Assembly (NCBI GenBank): GCA_964291315.2
Contig: OZ219753.1
Span: 1,056,001 to 1,120,000, forward strand
Source: Candidatus Poribacteria bacterium
Lineage (GTDB): Bacteria; Poribacteria; WGA-4E; WGA-3G
Length of the DNA: 64,000 bases
Direction: 5' to 3'
Both the position numbers and the translations under genes were made by a program. Positions 30,662 through 38,700 of the stretch are shown here, piece by piece; the stretch's first letter is position 1, and each line of letters starts with the position of its first letter. Under the pieces are notes generated by a model. The model was not told where the DNA came from. It made no database searches and saw nothing but the letters and a program-made list of their open reading frames with translations.

Positions 30662-33391
30662 ATGCAAAGAATAGTATTGGCTCTCTCCACTTTTGCAGTG
30701 CTCATATTTGTGAGCGTTCCGTTCGCAGCGGCAGAATGGCAGATGAACCTCGTAACAAACAATACAAATGAAAATTTGTATGTAATCAGGAGCACATGGC
30801 AAGCTGAGGATACTAACAAGGGCATCCCCGCAGGGTTCTGGACCCGCGGCTCCTACCGGCTTGCTCCCGGGAAGTCCCGCATCTTTTATTCCTGGTCTAC
30901 TAACAGCATCTATTTCCGTATTTCAAACGCACAGAGTGCACTAAAACCACAGGGCAGCTCGGAGACGTTCCCCTTCTGGGTGCATCCCGACCGGTCGTTC
31001 CGCGTCGTCTCGGAGGGCTTTGAATCGTCTGTGACGGTGGATCAACTGCTCTACTCGGATCGCTCAAGCAATCAGTTAGTCCACTCGGACGGGTTTATGG
31101 AATATACGGGCGGTTCCGAAGTGATAGTGACTACGGAGTGGGTATCGCTGAGTGGGGTGCCGACAGCTCCAGCCAATGATGCGCTAGGCGATGGAGATAG
31201 TGGAAACGCCGGTGAGACTGACGCTGTTCCGGAATGGGTAGCGAGCGTGATAACAAATGCCACGGAAGCCGATCTATATGTAGTCTACGCGACGTGGAAG
31301 CTGGAGAACCTGAAAAAGGGGTGGCCTGAAGGGTTTCGGACGCGCGGCACGTATCGCATTCGTCCTGGGAAGGGGCGCGTGTTTCATGCGTGGTCAGATA
31401 ATGAGATCTATTTCCGGATTGCCAACGCTGCGGGTGCGTTAAAACCGGAGGTCAGCTCGGAGACGTTTGGGTTCTGGTTGCATCCGCGTCGTTCGTTTCG
31501 TTTGGTCTCGGATCAGGTTTCTGCGACAGTAGAGCAGTCGGGTCTGAGTTACTCGGATCGTTCGCCGGCGGATTTAGTGCGGTCAGATGGTTTTATGGTA
31601 TATGAGAATGGTTCGGAAGTGACGGTGACTGCTGATTGGGTGCCGTTAGCTCCTGTAGATGATGGGAATAACGGCAACGGGAATGCCGGTGACGATGGCA
31701 CTCCAGTGCCGCCTGAAACGCCAGCGCCTCCGGTAAACCCGTCAGCTCCTGCGGGCATGGTGTTGATCCCCGCGGGCACCTTCCAAATGGGCAGCACCAC
31801 CGGCGATGCGGATGAAAGCCCTGTTCACGCTGTGTCTTTAGATGCGTTTTATATGGATACGCATGAAGTGACGAACGCAGAATACGCCGCATTTCTCAAC
31901 GCAAAAGGCAAACACGCCGACGCAGACCATAAGTGGTTGGCTCTCGGTAGCAGTGATGCCCGCATAGAACGGATAGACGGAAGATATAGTGTGAAGGCAG
32001 GCTATGAGAACCATCCTGTCGTTCGCGTCTCTTGGTATGGCGCCATGGCATACGCCGCATGGGCAGGCAAACGACTCCCCACCGAGGCCGAGTGGGAATA
32101 CGCCGCACGCGGCGGCTTAGCCGGCAAGCAATATCCCTGGGGCGATACGATTGACACCCCCCAGGCGAACTACGGATGGAATATCGGGGACACAACCGCA
32201 GGCGGGGCATACGCTGCGAACGGCTATGGTCTCTACGATATGGCAGGAAACGTATTTGAGTGGTGTCTCGATACGTATCTCGACAACTTCTATGACACCT
32301 CTCCCGCGCAGAACCCGTTGTCAGGCGACAGCACCGTAATAGACACCTATATAACCATTGACTCGCAGCGTGTGTTGCGTGGCGGCTCTTGGTTCTATTC
32401 CGCCTCGGTTGTTCGCGTGTCGAATCGTGACTATAGTTTCCCGATGAGCACGGGCGGTGATCTCGGGTTTCGGTGTGTGAAGTCGGTGTCCACTGCCTCA
32501 TTTACGACAACCCGCGGTTCAGAGACCCCGGATGGCACGAGTGGAAACCCGGATACCACTCCGGTGCCTGATCAAAGCGATGCTCCTGCGGGCATGGTGT
32601 TGATCCCCGCGGGCACCTTCCAAATGGGCAGGACCACCGGTGATGCGGATGAACGCCTTGTTCACACTGTCACTTTAGACGCATTTTACATGGATACACA
32701 TGAAGTGACAAACGCAGAATACGCGGCATTTCTCAACGCAACGGGCAAACATGAAAGAGGCTGGTGGCGGTGGATTTATATCAATCGTTTTCCTTCTACA
32801 ACCATTAACTTAGTAGACGGTGTGTATCGCCCACAAGCAGGCTATGAGAATCATCCTGTCACTTATGTAACCTGGTGGGGTGCAATGGAATATGCTGGGT
32901 GGGCAGGAAAGCGACTGCCAACCGAAGCAGAGTGGGAGTATGCCGCACGCGGCGGGTTAGCCGGCAAGCAATATCCCTGGGGAGACACCATAGATAAAAC
33001 CAAGGCGAACTATGATAACCCCGGCCGCGGCCGTTCGACGCCAGTCGGTAGTTATCCGCCGAACGGGTACGGTCTCTATGATATGATCGGGAATGCAACG
33101 GAGTGGTGTCTCGATGCGTATGATGCTGACTACTACGCAAAATCTCCGACCCACAATCCGGTGTCGTTGTCGATTGCAACCAGTATCCAAGACCTATTAG
33201 ATAACTATAACGCGAACCTGGATATTTTCTCGCCCTCGAATAGGTTTGGAAATCGCCACTACCGCGTCGTTCGCGGCGGTAACTGGTACAGGCAAGGCTT
33301 GTACTTGTCGGTCACCAGTCGCCAGGGATATTCGACTCGCGGTAGTTCCAATACCTTCGGTTTTCGGTGCGTGAAGCCTGTAACCCCGTGA
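30662..33391 (+). CDS. secreted protein: two unknown ~140-aa beta repeats + two FGE-sulfatase (CLec-fold) domains
   Basis: AAGGAGG RBS, signal peptide, two copies of MVLIPAG.F.MG...RLPTEAEWEYAARGG...NGYGLYDM.GN..EW...RGG.W...GFRC; catalytic FGE Cys pair absent. Confidence 0.88.
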   Translation: MQRIVLALSTFAVLIFVSVPFAAAEWQMNLVTNNTNENLYVIRSTWQAEDTNKGIPAGFWTRGSYRLAPGKSRIFYSWSTNSIYFRISNAQSALKPQGSSETFPFWVHPDRSFRVVSEGFESSVTVDQLLYSDRSSNQLVHSDGFMEYTGGSEVIVTTEWVSLSGVPTAPANDALGDGDSGNAGETDAVPEWVASVITNATEADLYVVYATWKLENLKKGWPEGFRTRGTYRIRPGKGRVFHAWSDNEIYFRIANAAGALKPEVSSETFGFWLHPRRSFRLVSDQVSATVEQSGLSYSDRSPADLVRSDGFMVYENGSEVTVTADWVPLAPVDDGNNGNGNAGDDGTPVPPETPAPPVNPSAPAGMVLIPAGTFQMGSTTGDADESPVHAVSLDAFYMDTHEVTNAEYAAFLNAKGKHADADHKWLALGSSDARIERIDGRYSVKAGYENHPVVRVSWYGAMAYAAWAGKRLPTEAEWEYAARGGLAGKQYPWGDTIDTPQANYGWNIGDTTAGGAYAANGYGLYDMAGNVFEWCLDTYLDNFYDTSPAQNPLSGDSTVIDTYITIDSQRVLRGGSWFYSASVVRVSNRDYSFPMSTGGDLGFRCVKSVSTASFTTTRGSETPDGTSGNPDTTPVPDQSDAPAGMVLIPAGTFQMGRTTGDADERLVHTVTLDAFYMDTHEVTNAEYAAFLNATGKHERGWWRWIYINRFPSTTINLVDGVYRPQAGYENHPVTYVTWWGAMEYAGWAGKRLPTEAEWEYAARGGLAGKQYPWGDTIDKTKANYDNPGRGRSTPVGSYPPNGYGLYDMIGNATEWCLDAYDADYYAKSPTHNPVSLSIATSIQDLLDNYNANLDIFSPSNRFGNRHYRVVRGGNWYRQGLYLSVTSRQGYSTRGSSNTFGFRCVKPVTP

Positions 33392-33395
33392 CCTT

Positions 33396-33433
33396 TACGG
33401 CTTAAGGTACCTTATACGGCTTAAGGTACCTTA
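33396..33433. repeat. 2 x 19-bp tandem repeat containing palindrome TAAGGTACCTTA; possible terminator
   Basis: TACGGCTTAAGGTACCTTA twice, followed by a T run, between convergent genes. Confidence 0.8.
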
Positions 33434-33512
33434 TTTTTATCTGAATCGCGAATTGAGGATAGGATAGCATTAACATAAAAAATAGCAGCATCTGCCCCCA
33501 ATCATTGTAATG

Positions 33513-34118
33513 CTATGCTTGCAACCCCTTGATCGTCGTCTCAATTATTGTCTCAATTAAGGTCTCTTTTTCTCTCCAAGGGAAGTCAGGAAAATCAATT
33601 AAGAGTAGAGTGACCCCATGAACCGCTGCCCACATTACCTGCCCTGTCATCTCGATATCCATTCGGCGGAACTTCTTCTGACGGATGCATTCGGAGACCA
33701 CTGTTCGTAAGTAATTAAACACCCGTTCACCAATTGATCCCTCTTCAAGCCCCAAACCCTTCTGGAACTGGGGCCGGATCACAAAGGTTAATTTGTAATC
33801 TTGCGGATATTTTAAACCGAACTCGACGTAGACTTTCCCGCTTTTTCTCAAAGTCTCGACGGGATCGACGGTATCCCGTCTTAGCTTCTCCAATGTGTTC
33901 AACAGGTGCAAGAGCGTTTCCTGGCAAACGGAATCTAAGAGATCCGCTTTATCTTTAAAATAAAGATAGATCGTTGTCGGGGAATATTCGATCTTGTCGG
34001 CAATCCTTCGCATGGAAACATTCTCATAGCCCTCATTGACGAAGAGTTCCCGCGCAGCAAGTAAGATTTGTTGCCGCAGCTGTTCTTTTTCCCTTTGTCT
34101 CCGTTCTTTTATGCCCAT
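33513..34118 (-). CDS. TetR/AcrR family regulator
   Basis: AARELF...GYENVSMRRIADKIEYSPTTIYLYFKDK HTH; W...HG C-terminal motif. Confidence 0.93.
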   Translation of the reverse strand: MGIKERRQREKEQLRQQILLAARELFVNEGYENVSMRRIADKIEYSPTTIYLYFKDKADLLDSVCQETLLHLLNTLEKLRRDTVDPVETLRKSGKVYVEFGLKYPQDYKLTFVIRPQFQKGLGLEEGSIGERVFNYLRTVVSECIRQKKFRRMDIEMTGQVMWAAVHGVTLLLIDFPDFPWREKETLIETIIETTIKGLQA

Positions 34119-34150
34119 TGCTCCAACCTCTGTCTACAGGTCAATCTAAC

Positions 34151-34194
34151 TTAACGACGTTAATATTATATCACACTTTTCCCTTATTGTCAGA
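34151..34194 (-). promoter_or_regulatory. tetR promoter with adjacent palindromic operator
   Basis: CTGACA-17 nt-TATAAT, directly followed by TTAACG-N-CGTTAA (34151-34163). Confidence 0.65.
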
Positions 34195-34320
34195 TTTATT
34201 TCGGGCATAAAAGACATGAATTCTACTGATTCGTTGAGGGCTACCTCCTGCCCTCACGCTCTAAATTCCTTAGGTCGAATCTGAAATTTGCGATAGAGCA
34301 CAAGGCAACAGGCGCACAGG

Positions 34321-36774
34321 TTATTTTTTTATCAACATCTTCCGGGTGGCGGTGAATTCACCTGCGGTGAGCGTATAGAAATAGAGACCGCTTGCCACGC
34401 GTTCCCCCAACTCATTCTTACCGTCCCAATGCGCCGCACGGCTTTTGGTTTGATAGACACCGGCAGGTTGATGCCCGAGGTCCAATGCCCGAACCAATGC
34501 CCCGTTCGGCGCGTAAATCCGCAAGGTTACCTCTGCAGGCTGGGCGAGCAGATAGGGGATCCACGTCTCCGGATTGAACGGGTTGGGGTAGTTGGAGAGG
34601 AGCACTGTCTCTGTCGGACGTGACTGTATTAGCAGCTGTCTTAACACCGCGATGCCTCTTTGGAAAATGGCATCGCCAGAGTTGTGCTGCGCTGCTTCAA
34701 GAATCCACCGTTGTAAATTCGCTGTAGCTAGCAGGTTTGGGGCAGCCGGGGCGCCTTCCTGAGACTCCAACGCCTCCACAATCAATAGCAGATCCTCGCG
34801 ATTCACAAAACCGTCGTTGTTCACATCAGCGTTGGCGTTGATTCTACGGACAACGGTTGTGCCGAAGTGAGCGGCAACTATCATCAAGTCCTCCAGATCG
34901 ATTACCCCGTCACTATTGGTATCAACCTGTGCGACACCCTCCAAGCCGATAGGAAACGACTTCAGCATGTAGTTGCCCGACACATCAATCACTCGAAGGG
35001 TTATCTCCGTCGCGGGTCCAGGGTTTACTTGGGCGGTCTTAAATTGAATGAGGTTGCTTTCACCCTTTAATTCTTGGCAGCTGTGCAGCTTCAGACCGCC
35101 CGCCGGATCAAGAACGCCGGTCGGAATCGTCAGCTGCGCTTGATGGAGCCCATCCGCATCGGTGACTTCAAAACGGAAATGGATCGTATTCTGCGGCAAT
35201 TCAAGAGGCGTGAGCATTGTAATCGTCGCGGGTTCGTCATAGGAGCTCTGATGCGTGTTGAAGTAGGGGTGGGCATCCAACCACTCGGCTGCACAGCGGG
35301 ACAATTGATTCGGGTTTGACCCGTAAGACATCAGATAGGCTTCATCCCGAAAATCGTGCTCTAATCCGAAGGCGTGTCCGAGCTCATGCCCAACGGTATC
35401 ACTGGCAAAACAGGCTCCAGAAGCAGGGACGATTGCCCTCCCGCCGAACCAATGGCTTCCGCCTTTCCCGCACCATTGGAGATCAATGCTTTCGCTGCCG
35501 GTCTCTATCGCAATTAGGTAGATATTTGTGGACAGACTGAACCGTTCCTCAATTTCCTCCGTGACTTTATCGAGCGTCTGAGAGTCGTAATACGCATCGG
35601 TAAATCCTCCATTTACATGATGGACGACTGCATTTCCGGTTGCGTCGGTTTCAAACGTAAACGTTTTTCTGCCGAATCCGTGGGCGTGCATCTGTTCTGC
35701 GTAAAATTGTTGTGTATCCTTTATGAGGGTATCTAATTTCGTGTTGATATCGGGCTGTGCTCTCCTATTCAACGGAAGGAAGTAGATGAGGCGGACCGTT
35801 TTCCGCTGTTGCATTGAGCGTAGATGCGGCTCTATATTATGAATCAGCACGGTACCGTCGTCGCCGCTACTGGCGAGCGTTTTTCCATCAGGGGCGAAGG
35901 TCGCGCCGTAGCTCCAGGCAGCGTGCCCCGTCAAAGAGGTGATTTGCATCCCGTTGTCGACCGACCAAAGGGTTACTACCCCGTGTCCGGTACTGACCAA
36001 TATTTTTCCATCTGGAGAGAAGTCGAGGGCATACGTTGTGCCTCGATTTTGGAGGGTGCCGAGGAGTGCCCAATTGGAGACAGCCCACAATTTAATTTGC
36101 CCGTTGTATCCGGCGCTTGCCAAGATTCTACCATCGGGCGAAAAAGCGAGGGTATAAACCCTGTCTGCGTCCAACTCAAGCCGAGAAACAACCTGTCGTT
36201 TTCGAATGTCCCAGATCTTGACGAGTCCTGCTCCGTCTCCTGAAGCGTGGAGCTGTCCATCCGGTGAAAACGCTGATGCCCAGACATACTCATCGTGCTC
36301 CACAGTTGCCATTTCAGTTTGGCTGTTGACGTTCCAGAGCTTTAGATGGCTGCCGGCAGTGGCAAGGAGCTGTCCATCCGGAGAGAACGCGACCGCCTTG
36401 ATTTGCGAACGCGTTCGGTCTGTAATGTGTTCCAGGGTGGCGATGTTCTGTTGCGTGCGGACATCCCACAACTTGAAGCGCCAATCATCTCCACCGCTGG
36501 CGAGCAATTGCCCGTCTGGGGAGAATGCCACCGAGTTAACTTGATCCGTGTGACCTCTGAGGGTGGCTACAGTGCTGTCCCGCAAATTCCACAATTTAAT
36601 AGTGTTGCTGTCCCCGGCACTAGCAATCAGTGCGTTATTGACAGGCGAGAATTTGACCGTCCGAACAGAACCGCCGTGCTTAAGAATCGTGGGGCCCTGT
36701 GCAAAATTTAGGAGCAAGAAATTGAAAAACAGAATTATTGTAGAAGATAAAAGTTTGAATTTGTTAAACGACAT
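34321..36774 (-). CDS. secreted WD40 repeat + zinc metallopeptidase + dockerin-like + FlgD-like C-terminal domain protein
   Basis: Seven WD40-like repeats, HELGHAFGLEH with LMSY Met-turn, DTNSDG/DVNNDG Ca-binding loops, NYPNPFNPETWIPY...RKMLIKK. Confidence 0.88.
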   Translation of the reverse strand: MSFNKFKLLSSTIILFFNFLLLNFAQGPTILKHGGSVRTVKFSPVNNALIASAGDSNTIKLWNLRDSTVATLRGHTDQVNSVAFSPDGQLLASGGDDWRFKLWDVRTQQNIATLEHITDRTRSQIKAVAFSPDGQLLATAGSHLKLWNVNSQTEMATVEHDEYVWASAFSPDGQLHASGDGAGLVKIWDIRKRQVVSRLELDADRVYTLAFSPDGRILASAGYNGQIKLWAVSNWALLGTLQNRGTTYALDFSPDGKILVSTGHGVVTLWSVDNGMQITSLTGHAAWSYGATFAPDGKTLASSGDDGTVLIHNIEPHLRSMQQRKTVRLIYFLPLNRRAQPDINTKLDTLIKDTQQFYAEQMHAHGFGRKTFTFETDATGNAVVHHVNGGFTDAYYDSQTLDKVTEEIEERFSLSTNIYLIAIETGSESIDLQWCGKGGSHWFGGRAIVPASGACFASDTVGHELGHAFGLEHDFRDEAYLMSYGSNPNQLSRCAAEWLDAHPYFNTHQSSYDEPATITMLTPLELPQNTIHFRFEVTDADGLHQAQLTIPTGVLDPAGGLKLHSCQELKGESNLIQFKTAQVNPGPATEITLRVIDVSGNYMLKSFPIGLEGVAQVDTNSDGVIDLEDLMIVAAHFGTTVVRRINANADVNNDGFVNREDLLLIVEALESQEGAPAAPNLLATANLQRWILEAAQHNSGDAIFQRGIAVLRQLLIQSRPTETVLLSNYPNPFNPETWIPYLLAQPAEVTLRIYAPNGALVRALDLGHQPAGVYQTKSRAAHWDGKNELGERVASGLYFYTLTAGEFTATRKMLIKK

Positions 36775-37150
36775 AAAGTTTCCTGTTGATAAATTGATAA
36801 AATGAGGTTGACTTAAAGATTCACGCAGTCTATGGCATACCGCCAGATATCTTACCTCAAACACGCGTCATAGTAGTGCTTGAGAGTAAAATCAATTGGG
36901 GTTTGTACATCGAGGCGCGGTATTTATCAGGATCGTCTACTCTGGAATAGAGAATCTCCCTGTATTTGAATAATAGGTGTAAATTGACCTTCTTTTCAAG
37001 ACACCAAACAGCTGTTTCTCATAAAATGACATCTCATCTAACGGGAAACGGACTTCGTGCATCTCCTTGTAAAAGTCTAGATCGATGTATGCCCACACGC
37101 CATCCCATATGGATTTCTAACGCCTTTCTAAAGACAGGGTTAAGTCCTGC

Positions 37151-37349
37151 TTATTTCCGCATCAACATCTTCCGCGTGGCCGTGAACTCACCTGCGGTGA
37201 GCGTATAAAAATAGAGACCGCTGGCCACGCGTTCCCCCAACTCATTCCTGCCATCCCAATGCGCCGCACGTCCTTTACTCTGATAGTTTCCTGCGGGTTG
37301 ATGCCCGAGGTCCAACGCCCCGTTCAATGCGTAAATCCGCGAAGTTACC
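37151..37349 (-). pseudogene. orphan remnant of the FlgD-like C-terminal domain
   Basis: Highly similar to 34321-34531 with a 12-nt microhomology deletion; no plausible N-terminal part. Confidence 0.75.
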
Positions 37350-37595
37350 GCCGGCGGACCCTTTGAGGGGTTAGCGAAATTCCCCTGGTGCAGCGAATAG
37401 GTTGTTGATGGTTTTGCCACAAATAGAACGGACAGAGATAACTCATTGCGATGACAAAGACTGCAAACAGGTATCTTAAAGCAAAGTAACATCGGGTAAA
37501 TATGCAAGAGACGTTTTGTCAAATATTTTTTTATCGATACGTACCTCTCTTTAAGGCGCTCGGACACCTAACGGTATTTACGCAGATATCAGGGA

Positions 37596-38654
37596 TTAGA
37601 ATTCCCCGGAGACAGAGATGCGTTGTGAACCACCAAGGGTGTGGGTGTTGAAAGCGTAGTTAATAAAGAAGGACATGGTCTCTATCCGTAAATGAAGCCC
37701 GACACCTGCTGCGAGTCCGTGCCCGTTCCACCCGCCGCGGAGAGCGACAGTATTGAGGAGCCAGTATTCTGCGCCGATGCGAGGGACGATTGCACTGCCG
37801 CTGTCTTCGCTCTCAAGATCGGCTTGGTCGGTCTCAAGGTCTGCGCCGATTGTGCCTTTCCCCAAACGTGGCACAGTAAAGTGGTATGCTGCGCCGACTC
37901 GGAATCTGCGCGTGCGCGTGAACGTGGGTTTATCGGCAGTGTCCCATCGAATTTGTGTGCCTGTCGCATCCAATACCATTGCCCCAGCGCGCAAGCCTTT
38001 GTAAGGTTCTGCAATCAAGCCGATGTCAATACCGAAGCCGTTTCCACTGTTTTCAAAGATGGACTGGTTGAGAAGTTTGAGGTTGCCGCCGACAGCAACC
38101 CTTGAGTGGACTTGCCGCGCATAAGAGATAAGTAAGGCGTTATCGGTATTACTGAAATATTCAGCAACTGTCGGTTTGTCGATATACGGTTCACCGTCTT
38201 CCTTGATGCCGTTGCCGTTTTTATCTTGGAAGTCACCGAGGAAACCGTTGTTGTTAACGTCGATGAAGGTCGTGCGCGGTATATCGTCGATACCCAGGCG
38301 GATCCAGCTCAGACCGACGCTGCCGATGTCCTCGATTTGATAGACGTAGTTAAGAAAGTTGTAAGTAACCAGGCCCCTGCTGAGCCACGCACCATCTCCG
38401 CTGCTGAAAGTGTCCGAATACATAGCGGAAAAGCTATGTTTTTTGACCTTAGTAAGACCAGCCGGATTCCAATAGGTAGCGGTTGCATCGTCAGCGATAG
38501 CAACGAACGCGTTTCCCATTCCCAAGGCGCGTGCACCTACACCGTGACTGAGGAATTCAGCGGCATGCGCCCCTTCGTCCGCCGCCAAAGCGGTGGCAGT
38601 TGGCATGAGACACACAATGAAAATAAGAAAGTAAAAGCCTCGAATTCTGTTCAT
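37596..38654 (-). CDS. PorV/PorQ (UPF0164)-like outer-membrane beta-barrel
   Basis: FL..GVGARALGMGNAFVAIADDATATYWNPAGL; C-terminal Phe. Confidence 0.85.
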   Translation of the reverse strand: MNRIRGFYFLIFIVCLMPTATALAADEGAHAAEFLSHGVGARALGMGNAFVAIADDATATYWNPAGLTKVKKHSFSAMYSDTFSSGDGAWLSRGLVTYNFLNYVYQIEDIGSVGLSWIRLGIDDIPRTTFIDVNNNGFLGDFQDKNGNGIKEDGEPYIDKPTVAEYFSNTDNALLISYARQVHSRVAVGGNLKLLNQSIFENSGNGFGIDIGLIAEPYKGLRAGAMVLDATGTQIRWDTADKPTFTRTRRFRVGAAYHFTVPRLGKGTIGADLETDQADLESEDSGSAIVPRIGAEYWLLNTVALRGGWNGHGLAAGVGLHLRIETMSFFINYAFNTHTLGGSQRISVSGEF

Positions 38655-38700
38655 AAATTATCAGCTGAAGCCCTATATACCGGCTGCGGACTGCGTTCTA

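Noticed and set aside
30662-33391. Active formylglycine-generating enzyme for the nearby sulfatases
   Set aside because: Catalytic Cys pair after RGG(S/N) is absent in both domains
30662-33440. Complete DGR in this window
   Set aside because: No reverse transcriptase or AAY-rich template repeat seen
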